This document shows positions 36,505-48,000 of a stretch of DNA of 64,000 nucleotides, one piece after another (the first letter of the stretch is position 1; the number at the start of each line of letters is the position of its first letter). The translations under genes and the position numbers were made by a program. Below the pieces are notes generated by a model, which searched no databases, was not told the origin of the DNA, and was given only the letters and a program-made list of their open reading frames with translations. This DNA is from a virus (Duplodnaviria > Caudoviricetes), in IMG/VR virus record IMGVR_UViG_3300014204_000125, positions 32,001 to 96,000 of that record. One strand, given 5' to 3'.

Positions 36505-39500
36505 ATGAACGGACAAATGTGGTATCTCAAGTATCACCCGGCAGACGGCCGCAAATTAATGTCACCTGAAACCAAGGCCAAAATCAAAACTATTCTCGAG
36601 GGTCTTGTTAAGGCCGGCAAAATTCATTCATTTTTCATCGGGTTCCTCGAAAAGAATAACCCCAAGACCGAAGTATTCAAGATCTCCAGGACAAACGATC
36701 ACAGGTGCGGCGCCGTCTACGATTCGATCGCTACGCTCGAAGGCGTTGAAAGGTTCATCGCCTACAGGGACGCAGACCACTATAACGCTTATGATATGTA
36801 GGATGTGATTATTATGGCGTCACAATTAAATAATCTGGAGGCTGAGGTCGAACTTCTCAAAGCTCTCAATGCCGCCTATCTCAAGCACAACATCAGCAGA
36901 GCGGATTATAAAAGGATCCGCGATGCTATAACCTCATTAAATTGGAGGGAGGAATAATTATGAAAAACGAATCCTGCGACATCTTCAATCTGGTTTACAA
37001 CGATTTTTCTAAAGGCCGCAACCTTGCTGACTCCACAGGCCAGATCTTAAACAGCTTGCCTCCCGTGTATAGGATGGCTATTTTGTCCAGAGTGTTAGAC
37101 TTCATGAACTGGGGGAAATAAACAATGGACGACGCAATATTTATGGGATCCCTGTTTACCCTGCTTTTCGTAATCACCGGGACGGTGGCATTATTCTTAT
37201 AATAAGACCCGCCGTCTCCGTACAAGACAGGCCGGCGAGACCCTTTATGCCTGTCCCTGTCAAACCTAAACCCCAAGACAATAGTTTCGCGGCTATCTTA
37301 GAGAGATACATGAGGTGATATTATGCAGTTATCAAGTTTTGTTGGACCCGTCCCGGCGACATCCAAGGAAAGGCGCACCCGGTTAAGGCTGTGCGTCAGA
37401 CTGATCAATCATTTTTTCTCTCCGATATATTGGGGCAAGACCAATTTCAATGATACCGAGTTCAACGCAATGGGCGAGGTTGAGACCATGCACTTAGGGG
37501 CACAATACAAAATTATGCCCTGCACTTTCGGTGGCGTATTCCAATTTCAAGGTTATCTTGTTTCCGGCCCCGGGTTCAAACAGGCGGTGCTCTATGAGTG
37601 AAATAACCCGGCGCATCCAGGCCGAGATCGACACGTGCAATCTAATTCTGTACTGGTCAATTCTGGTCTGCAAGGTTTCGTTCTGTGTTTTGATCACGGC
37701 CGTCATATTGACACGGGCCGGTATTTTAAAGTGAGGTGCATTATGTTCCCTATCGAAAATCGAATCCATGTTTTCAATCTGTCCTCGACTCGCAAGACCA
37801 ACGATAACATATACAAAGCGTATCGAGATTTCGTTCGCGCCAACCCCAATTTCAAGGCGTGCATTGTGTCGGAGAATTGTGGTCTTATCTGCGTTCAAAG
37901 CGACTATCACAACCTGACGGCGATGGAGGTCTATGGGGTCGAATTCATCAATAACGTAAAGAAGATGGAGGTGTAGCTATGCTATGTCACGCCAATGAGA
38001 GATATCAGTTGGTTCTCTCGATTTACAACGACATGCTCAAAGATGAGGTGTCGAGACTCGGACTCAATTCAATTCTGGATCTCAGTCAGGAATGCCGGCA
38101 GACCAAATGGATGACTGCCAAGGCCATGATTACACTGCCAATGCGTAATCTGGCGTATAAAAACAACGATGCGGCTTATATTTTACAGTAGGAGGCATTT
38201 ATGGACGCTATTTATCTTACCAAGACCGACACAATGGCGAAGATCGCCGCGACTATCGGGTATGGCGGAACAAAATTTAGGGTGCGCATTGAGAAAGGCC
38301 CGTTTGATCTTCGGAGTTATTGGGACGGAGGTTCCCGGGATCAGTATTATTTACTCGATATCAAGACCGGGCTTCCTCTTCCCCTGCGAACCCAGACCGC
38401 GCCGGCCGAGTTCGGTGGACATGCAAGTTCTTTCATGCTTGAACCCGGGCAGATTCTTGTTCGGCACTCAACATTCTGTGGCAAAGACATGGGACTCGAA
38501 CTCTCTGTTTCTCCCGACAATCCCGAGATTATTAAGGCGCTCATGCCGCCAGACTCGGGTATCGAACTGTCAGAGAATGAACTGTTCGTTCTCTACACCA
38601 TCGGACACTTGAAGTCATGCGCCAGACCTGACGAGTATCGCAAGGCTGGCTTCAAGACGGCAGAGATCGACAGAATAAAAGTGAAGCTCCTCCAGATGGG
38701 GCTTTTAACGAAGATTGGCGCCATCACCGTCGAGGGGCGCAACTTCGTCAATCAGGCCGCGAGCAAGCGTAATGTATCATCGCATTCGCTTTTCCCGTGG
38801 CAATGGCAGAAGACCCCTGAAGCCATTGAGGCAAAGGCGGTGTAATATGGTAGACTTCTTCGGACTCGGGCCGTCACCCGTTGAGGCCGGGTGTGTTCAG
38901 GTATTGTCAGGACAGCCTGAAACTTATATTGAAAGCTGTCGTGAGGTTCATAATTATGTAAACCTATTGCGGAAACTATTCGTCAATATAATAGACGCCG
39001 ATCGCATTTATTCCAAGAAATTCGATCACGACTTCGGCCCGTATAATGAGGCCGTTGTTAGTTTTGAGACTGACAACGAGGACCAAGTCAAGCGGGCTCT
39101 ATTTATCGAGTCCCACACCCCGGCGCATTGGATCCACGACGAAGACATTGTGCCGTACACCGAAAATCAATTCAATGAATGGGTAAAAGCCAAGTATGAG
39201 CCATTTAAGGAGGCGACATTATGAATTACAAAAACATATCTACCGATACCCTCGTAAGTATGATCCCTGGATTGTGCAGGACTTACCGATTCGCACACCA
39301 GGACGAAACGCTTCACAAACTGGTAAGTATTATCGCCGCGTTAGACGAACGTGGTTTCTACAAGGGGGCGATAATATGAAACGGTGGATTCACCCAGAAT
39401 TGGTTCAATACATCCGGGCCTTCGTCTGGAACCATCATAAACTCAAACGTGAAGACAATAAACCCAAGGTGTTCTGGCTGCACTATATCGTGGAGGAGTG

Positions 39501-40144
39501 TGGCCTCGCAATGGCAACCGTCAACCCGAAATTCAGACCACCCATATTCGGGACAATTCCTGTGAATCAGAAAGGCGAGATCAAAGAACGGGACATATAC
39601 GTTGCGTTCGAGGCACTTCAACCATATCATAAATGGTGTTTCAAAGCCCTGAACGAAAAGACAAGGAGGCGCTATAATGGTTGAGATTATATGCCCACAG
39701 TTCTACAAGGCCAAAGACCCCAAAGACAGACAGAAGGCGCTGAATTATCTCAACGCCTCGTGCTTCCTGAAACGCCAGGGAACCTTACAGCACTTCAATC
39801 ACAGATACGAGATGCTGCTGGCCGTGGCTAAACTTAACGAGGCCAAAGGGGTTGAGCATAAGCCTGACGCCAAGATAAAGTATCAGTTAATCTCGAAGGA
39901 CGGTTGTTACGTCAAGATCACAAAGATCGAATATGATTTTTTTCTTGCAATGGGGTTCGATTTCACGGAGCATTGCAGGAAGCCTGAGCCTCTTACGATC
40001 GAAGAGGCTATACAATTCACCCCCGAGAAGATGATAACCTATCACCACGATATCGATATGTTAATCGCAGACCAGAGGATCCCATTCAGAGATCGGGTAG
40101 ATCTCAACATCAAATTTCAAAATGCAAAGAAAGGCGTGAGTTAA
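36505..40144 (+). other. Early-region run of small hypothetical genes (e.g. 36505-36801, 37323-37601, 37979-38191, 38201-38845, 38847-39224, 39677-40144)
   Basis: Dense same-strand ORFs with GGAGG/GAGG RBSs; no recognisable functional motifs. Confidence 0.65.
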
Positions 40145-40293
40145 AATGATAGACGAGACAAGCGTAGAATCTATAACTAAACTCGGCCGGACAGAGATCC
40201 GGTATCGTAAAGACGGCAAGGTTGTCCGTGAAACATACAACGACTTCTCGGTGGCTATGAACCGCCAGAGAACGCTTGAAAGGGGTGAATAGT

Positions 40294-40878
40294 ATGAGTT
40301 TAAATCAAAAACAATCAGTTAATATCACACCGAGTTTCATCAAAAAATGGGATCCCTGCAAGCCCGGGCTTGACTGGTATCTCGAAAAGTTCCCAAAGAA
40401 ATTCAATAACTCGATCGGGGTATTGGACGCCTTAATAAAGGCGAATCAACTACCCTATGCAAACTGGCTGATTGTCCGAGTAATGTCAAGGCCGCAGTAT
40501 CTCAAATATGCGATATATGCTGCGGAGCAAGTTATCGGGATATACGAGAAAAAATACCCGAATAATCCGGCTCCAAGAAATGCAATCAAGGCGGCTAAAG
40601 CCGTATTGAAAAACGATACCATCGAAAACCGCAAGGCTGCTGCTGCTGCTGCTTATGCTGCTTATGCTGCTGCTGCTGCTTATGCTGCTTATGCTGCTGC
40701 TGCTGCTTATGCTGCTTATGCTGCTGCTGCTGATGCTGCTTATGCTGCTTATGCTGCTGATGCTGCTTATGCTGCTTATGCTGCTTATGCTGCTGCTGCT
40801 GCTTATGCTGATGCAAGAAAAGAAATGAGACTCAAGATCCTCAGATATGGGATTAAATTATTAAAGGCAGGTGAGTAA
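40294..40878 (+). CDS. Phage protein with an Ala/Tyr low-complexity tract (Imm-5-like helical domain)
   Basis: WDPC..GLDW, YAIYAAEQVI.IYEKKYPNN.APRNAI.AAK followed by AAY-type repeats. Confidence 0.7.
   Translation: MSLNQKQSVNITPSFIKKWDPCKPGLDWYLEKFPKKFNNSIGVLDALIKANQLPYANWLIVRVMSRPQYLKYAIYAAEQVIGIYEKKYPNNPAPRNAIKAAKAVLKNDTIENRKAAAAAAYAAYAAAAAYAAYAAAAAYAAYAAAADAAYAAYAADAAYAAYAAYAAAAAYADARKEMRLKILRYGIKLLKAGE
40636..40815 (+). repeat. Trinucleotide-based tandem tract of GCT/TAT/GAT codons
   Basis: About 180 nt built from (GCT)n interrupted by TAT or GAT. Confidence 0.95.
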
Positions 40879-41469
40879 TATGAGATACGGCAACACGAAT
40901 TATCGCACAGAGGCCCGCGTCAAGGTTGCGCCCAAACCGAAATTGTGATACAATAATTCCCAATCGTGACCACGAGATCGCGAAATAATAAATAGGAGGC
41001 GATAGTATGCAGCTACGCCTAAATACATTCACCTGAGGCATGGATTACCGAAATCAGAAGGCGACCCTGATGGACAAAGCGCTGTTCGAAACGGGGCTTG
41101 TATATGGTTACTCCAACCCGGAGAAAAACAAGATCAAACATGTCAACACGCATTATGCCGGCTGTCCCCGAGCATAAGACGGAGATCGTACCAAGGCAAA
41201 ATAAATCCTTGTTATATAATTGAAAGGTAAAGTGATAAAGATGGCCCTTACGGGATTTATTTGAACACCCGAATTGAAAATTTATATATAATATGAGATG
41301 GACATCGCCGCCCCTTTCCGGGGCCAAATCGAGAAGTAAAGCATCGCTGAAAAATAAAGATGCGGAAAGGACTGATTAAAATTAAAGTCTAATTTTTTTT
41401 TATATAATTGATATTTATGGACGCTGTTCAAGGCGTCAAGCGATTTATATAATACACAATGTTTCTCTT

Positions 41470-41508
41470 ACACATCCGGGGGCTGAAAAGACCTCGGGTG
41501 TGTTTTTA
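41470..41508 (+). terminator. Rho-independent terminator
   Basis: ACACATCCGGGG / CCTCGGGTGTGT stem followed by a T run. Confidence 0.75.
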
Positions 41509-41510
41509 AT

Positions 41511-44500
41511 TTGGGAGGTGCAGTTATGAACTGGGATAAAGAAACTGTTGGAGATTCAGATGTAAAAGAGGTGTTTCAAGAATTTTTCAAAAGATCAAAC
41601 TATATGTCAACCCAGATAATTGAATATTATAGACAGAAAAAACTTTTGTGCGAATTCAGTTTTGGTAAATTTTTAGATACCAAGATATACGGTTGCACTT
41701 TTCTCGAGATGGTTAAAGAAAATGGCTCGTGGAAGGCCCAAAGAAGGCAAGACCTCGATAGGGCGCTTAATGATAACACGGAAGCTCTGATATATATCAA
41801 GGAAACGCTAAACAAGGAGGCGTTATGATACAAGAAATAGATTTGGGTGTTCGATCCCGAGGCCCTTTATCCGAGCCTCATATTGCAATATCGGATTTTA
41901 GAAACAATCATCGAATAAACACAATGAAGGTTATTGAATGGCGCGCACAAATAGCAATGGATGCAGCCATGTTAGTATATAAACTAACAAAGACCGTAAG
42001 AATAAATATAAAAATAGAACCCACTCATTTCGGTACGGCTCCGAAAGTTGTAATCCAATACGACGATCAATACCCGAGAGACAAAAGCGTCGCTCTTTAT
42101 ATCAGATTCCATTTGCCCAAGAACTACCAGACAAGGAAACCCTTGTCTCGCAAGGCGTATTACAAACACATAAGATCTCTTCTGAAAATTATTGAATATG
42201 CAAAAGCAAGGGAGTGGGAAATATGAAGAAAATGGTAATGGTCGTGTATCCCACATATCTCGTCAGGCTCGGGTTGAAGCCTGAATACGAGATGATAAGT
42301 CAGGCCGAGGCCAAAAGGCGCGGCATCAAGAAAGAGGATATAAAGTAATTTTAAGGCGGGGTGTACGTTTATGAATGTTCCTTTAGATCTGTTTATCTTT
42401 TGCCTCGGTATATGTGCCGGGGTAGTATATTCTCAATTCATAAAATAGGAGGCGATTTTAATGAAATGTAATTGCAAAGAGTGCGGGGACAAGTTCTTTT
42501 CGAACCACGCCGGGATCAAGACGGCAACAGATTTCTGTTCGTTGTTGTGCGAGGCGGTTCACAAATTTAAGACGGGGGTGAGCGCATGAACCAATGCGAC
42601 GAAGTGCGTAAATGCGCGATATGTAACTATCCCTTTTGGATCAGCGATCTGGCCGCGTTAGATACTCCGTTCGGGGTATTCAATGTCTGCGATGATTGCT
42701 CAACAAAACATAACGCAAAATCCGACAAAGATGAGAATAAAGACGAACTTTCCAAGACCGGCGCAAGAGCCATCATAACTAATTATCAGGTTCAAATCAA
42801 ACACATGCAGGCTTATGTTGGTGATTTAATTACATATATCAAGGAGGCGTAACATGAGCGTGGTTTCAAATGGACTCAGATACTTCGTATTCCAGCATGG
42901 ACGCAAGATACGAGAGTTCGTGTTCTGGTGGCAAGTCCAACATTTCTTTCAGGAAAACGGAATAAATTTATAGGAGGGGATGCCCATGTTAAATATCGAT
43001 CAGAGACCGCCCCGGATTTACCTGAACATCAACGGCGAACCTATCAGATCAGACTTTCGTAATTTCTCCAGCGCAAAGGCTGCGTTAGACGCCATTCTTT
43101 TGCAGACCGACGTAACGGGTCAGAAGCGGCTCAGGAAACACAATGACATAATCGAGTTGTCCTTATGTTAGGCGAACAATCAAACGACACCTTCAAGATC
43201 GACTGGCCATTGCTCCTCGGGGGCCGGCCATGCAAAGACGATACAGATTGGAAAGAGAAACAGAGAAGCGCAGAGATCCTTCGCAACTGGAAGAGAGAAC
43301 AGGAGGAAGAAAGGCGATGAGTATAAAATTCAAACCCGGGCAGTGCGTACAGACCATCGGGATCTCATCCCAGTTCGATGACAACGCGACAAGGCCGCTT
43401 ATGATGCGGCACCTCGCCGGGGACTTCGGAGATGTCTCGGAAGACTCCAAGGAACAAAACGCACAGGCAATTAAGGATGAAGACGGCATGATTATGTCGG
43501 TGTATAAAGCAATCGCAACCAAGAAAGGCGATCTCCAAGATATATGGATCATCTCGTATGTGGCGCAGAACACAACTGTGCTGCTGCCCGAGGAGTATTG
43601 ATATGCAGAACTCAATAATCGGCAATATCGACATGGGTCCGTGGACAACCGTAATGGGATGCTGTTTCGTCATAAGCAATAAAGAGGTGTCCAATGTTTA
43701 TTGTTTAACAGAAGGCGTTCAACTCTGCGATTTTGTAATGCACCACCTAAAAGCGAATCACAAAGTAATGGTTGAGGGTGTATATTTTGATCCTCTAAAA
43801 CAATCCGATCTCAACAAGTTTATCGTGAAGGCGGTGACACTTATAAAATGAAATACATCGTACTCCACAAACATACCAAGCAATGCGGGCAGGACATGGT
43901 GGATTATATTAACGTGAATGGTAGTCACGGCGGAATCTTACATTTAATCCACGAGTTCGGGAAGACCCCCGAGAATCCCGTCATACTCGACACTGAGACC
44001 GATCCAATTATGAAACAGGGACTCAGGCTCGTAGCCTACGGCCCGTACAGAATGATCTGGGATATCTGGCCCGCCGAGGTAATATTAATAAAGGAAGTGG
44101 TGTAGTAATGGTAAATAAAAAAGACGAGGCTTTATTCCACATGGCGGTTGATATGATGGGCGGCGGCAACGTATCCTCAGAGACCCACAGGAAACTTGAG
44201 AAGTTAGGCGATACCGATTTTTCTTCCGTGGTATTCGATACGATCGATCTCGTAATGGGAGGCCGCTTGTGAGAACATTCAAGGAGATAATGGACGGTGA
44301 GTGCGCCAACGAGGCGTGTCATAACCCCGACCTTGACTCAATGCAGGGGCCGATAGCGTCCGGCGACACAATAGATCTGACCGTCGAGTGTTGCCGATGC
44401 GGCGCCATCTGGACGGTAACATACAAAGCCATCGAAACGATAACGATGAGCAATCCGGGGAGGAAAGAATGAAAACTAAATTACAATTTCTATTCAACGA

Positions 44501-46281
44501 TTTATACGAATACACGATGGGCTGCATAGGCGGCGAAGGCGAACAACTCGAAGCGATAAAAGAGAAGTATCTGAAACTAATCGCAGAAGAAAACTCGGGA
44601 CCGGACTTAGCAGACGCGCTCCAACACATTAAAGATATGGTAAGCGTAGGCGATAGCGCCAAGGCCATAGGCAATTATGCAAACGAAGTTCTGGCTCAAG
44701 ACATCCTGTCGAAAAGGGGCGGATGCGATGATCCCGCGACTTACGATAATGTGTTCGAAAAGTTGCACTCGAACGGGTTCTCGATAGTGCCGTCAGATGA
44801 AAATTCGGGGGTATTCGAAATGTGGAGGAAGAAAGACGGGGGAGAATATTCCGAAACCGTTGAAGTCGATAAAGACAACGAGACGGTGTTTTGCTCCGTT
44901 TATGGAATATTCTTTCATTACGAAGACGAACAAGGTATAGACTACGAAGAGTTTATCACAAGGGGGTAAATATGCTACAATCCGAATTCGAAAAACTGAT
45001 CGGGAAGCGCATTAGCGTCGAACTCTATTCTCAGGTAATCGAGCCCGTTTACACTTTCCACCCCAGTATTAACAATAAAGACGGCAAGTCCCAAATATGC
45101 GCCCTCTGGAATATAGGCGGCGAGATATTGTTGAGGGATATGCTGGGGACTGCCGAGAAGGCGAAAGAGATCGAGATCAATATTCGAGCATACGAAAATC
45201 TTATTAAAATTGAAAAGGCGGCAATAGACAAAGAAGCAGATGAATACAAGAAATTGAAACAGACGCGATACGATAACATTAACCTGTCAAACTTACGGAT
45301 TGCTGCACTCTGCACAGATTTAAAAGACATGGGGCGCTGCCCTATAAATCTGCCGGGGAGGGATGTTAAATGAAATGTAAGACATGCCAGCAAGATATCC
45401 CGATCGATATCAACTGCAATATCTGGGATCTCAAAAAAGACGATGTTATGGAGTATTTCGGCAGGGCCGGAGACTGCATGTTAATCATGAAAGACAAAAG
45501 GATCATCTGCGAATGCGATTGCAGTTTATCCACGATCGACGGCAATAAATTGATAGAAGACGGCGGCGAGTTCGTAAGTCGCAATATCAACGACGAATAC
45601 TCGAACTTGGGCGAGCAATACGATTTCGAAGCCTACTCGGAATATCTGGGGCGCTGGATGTACCGAAGGGTCAGCGAGGACACGAACGAGATCGAGATGG
45701 GAATCCACCCTGCAAAATATAAAGGTGGGCTTAACCCTTATAATCCCAATACTTATTTTGCAACAGGGAAGATCATTTCCCTGGGAAGCATAAGACCAGA
45801 CTGCAACAGCAGATTCTCCTATTATATGGGGGTAGACCTCGAAGGTCTTATAATCAAAATAGGAGGAAAAGAAAATCAGCTCAAGATCTCTCTGGCGCAA
45901 TATAATAACTTAAAAGAAATGCCGTGGAGCTCTCTATATTTCAAATTCGAAATAGTAGAAGACACTTTAATCAACGCTGTCGAAATAAACAAAGAGGAAA
46001 AGAACGATTATGTTCGCACCTTCGTCGGTACGGTCAATAAGGTGAGCCAACACGGAGGCCAACACACAGCCGGCAGTGAATACACGGCCGAAATTGAGTT
46101 AGCACAACTCAACCTCGGGAATCAGATAACCCAACACGGAGGCCGAAAGGACATAATAATTGACGAAAATTTCTTTCGTTACTTCGACGAACCCAATTCA
46201 TTCCATTCCACCTACCAGTTCAATATCGATGTATCGAATAACAAATTAGTCTCATACGGCAAATATAAAGGAGATGAGTAG
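41511..46281 (+). other. Run of hypothetical early genes (41511-41828, 41825-42226, 42586-42852, 42980-43171, 43848-44105, 44269-44472, ends at 44969 and 45373, 45370-46281 and others)
   Basis: Packed same-strand ORFs with strong RBSs. Confidence 0.65.
43317..43601 (+). CDS. Conserved plasmid/phage leading-region small protein
   Basis: F..GQ.VQT.G...RH..GDFGDV.ED...N..A...SVY...IWII...TTVLLPEEY motif. Confidence 0.7.
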   Translation: MSIKFKPGQCVQTIGISSQFDDNATRPLMMRHLAGDFGDVSEDSKEQNAQAIKDEDGMIMSVYKAIATKKGDLQDIWIISYVAQNTTVLLPEEY

Positions 46282-47161
46282 AATGAACACAAGCGAACGC
46301 ATTTACAACGAGGTAACGGACAACATCATCAAAATCCTGGAATCCGGAAACATCCCGTGGAAAAAGCCCTGGATCGGGGGTAATGCGCCGAGTAATCTTG
46401 TGAGTAAGAAGGCGTACCGAGGAATCAATTCGATCGTACTCGGATTCAGTCCATTCGCCAAGACGCCCTACTGGCTCACCCTCAATCAGTGCAAACAACT
46501 CGGGGGCTGGGTGCAGGACTTGAAACACCCGACATTAATCGTATTCTATGCCTTCAGGGATTACGAGAAGACCGATAAAAAAGGGGTTGTAAAAACGGAG
46601 AAGGTGCCGATGCTGAAGCACTACTACGTTTACAATTCGAGCCAATGCACAGGGCTTAAACTCCCTGAGACAAAGACGTTCGAGCACGCCCCGATCCCTG
46701 CGGCTTACAGCGTAGTCGAAAAATACCTGACGAAAGAAAAGATTCAGGTATCAGACGGAGGGCGCTGCTCATACTCGCCTTCATCGGATTCGATTACGAT
46801 GGTTCCCGTCACGCAGTTCCCAAAGATCGAGGAGTTCTACTCCACAATGTTTCACGAGATGGCCCACAGCACGGGGCATCAGACACGCTTAAAAAGGGCC
46901 GGGATTATCGAGTCCAACGGGTTCGGCAGCGAATTGTACTCAAAGGAAGAGCTCGTAGCGGAAATGACCGCGAGTTTCATCAGCAATGCAGTCGGGTTCG
47001 GTGAGGTCGCAATCGAAAACGCGGCCGCGTATATCCAGAACTGGCTCAAGGTTCTGAAAGATGACAAGAAGATGGTTGTGAGCGCGGCTGGCGCGGCACA
47101 GAAGGCGGCGGATTATATTATCGATGCGCCGAAGGAGGTTGTAATTGATCCGACTGCATGA
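46274..47161 (+). CDS. ardC: ArdC-family antirestriction protein (ssDNA-binding plus zincin domain)
   Basis: PWKKPW, N.VSKKAYRGIN, WLT.NQ...LGG, FHEMAHSTGH..RL.R, YSKEELVAE, AAYIQNWL. Confidence 0.9.
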   Translation: MSRMNTSERIYNEVTDNIIKILESGNIPWKKPWIGGNAPSNLVSKKAYRGINSIVLGFSPFAKTPYWLTLNQCKQLGGWVQDLKHPTLIVFYAFRDYEKTDKKGVVKTEKVPMLKHYYVYNSSQCTGLKLPETKTFEHAPIPAAYSVVEKYLTKEKIQVSDGGRCSYSPSSDSITMVPVTQFPKIEEFYSTMFHEMAHSTGHQTRLKRAGIIESNGFGSELYSKEELVAEMTASFISNAVGFGEVAIENAAAYIQNWLKVLKDDKKMVVSAAGAAQKAADYIIDAPKEVVIDPTA

Positions 47162-48000
47162 TTTAAAAAGGGCCGGGTTCGAAACAATGCAAAGGTGGGT
47201 GTGTGATTGCGGGTGTCCCCATTTCGTTGTTTCCACTTTAGGCGGAACAATCACCATAATCTGCGATAACTGCAAGGACTATCTTCATATTGTGGAGGCC
47301 AATAAATGACATGTTTCATAAGCGAAGACCACGGCGAAGCGACCCGCTGGTATCGCCACATCGGCATCTGCGAGAACTGCTATAATTTTTATTCGGGAAC
47401 AGAGTTAGACGAAATCATTAAGGGGAGGCGATAAAAATGGCAAAAAGATATACAATCAAACAACTTGAAGGCCCTTCAAATATTGCAACAATAAACAAAC
47501 AATACCTGAGCGACGATCAAATTCTTTTAGACCTGGCGAGAGATAGATACGAAAAAACTACAAATCCTTACTCGCCTCTGTCAAAGAGACTAAATAAAAT
47601 AATAGACAAACTTCGTGAAAAGATAAACAAAGACATCAGAAGAAAAAGCGGGAGGCACTAAATTGCTAAGACTTTTGGATGGTGGGAATTGAAATTAACA
47701 AACGATCTTCGATCCGATGATCTGTCGGACGCTGATAGAGAACATATCGCCAAGTGCATAAAGGAAGGATATTCAAGCAGGGAAATCGTTGCAGACGAGC
47801 CAAATGAGGTTCCCAATGAAACTTAAAGAGACATCTGAATTCATCGCTTGGGAACTCCTGAGCGATTTACAAGACAGGGCGGATGATCACACGGTCTGCC
47901 CCAAATGCAAGTCACAACTCTATTTCTGTGATTGCCCTCAGAACATGGCATGTGACATTTTCGTAAAGTATCTGGATAAAATAAAGGAGTTGGATGCGTA

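Noticed and set aside
40595-40816. Minus-strand poly-Q/H/K ORF
   Set aside because: It is the antisense shadow of the GCT/TAT repeat in a plus-strand gene.
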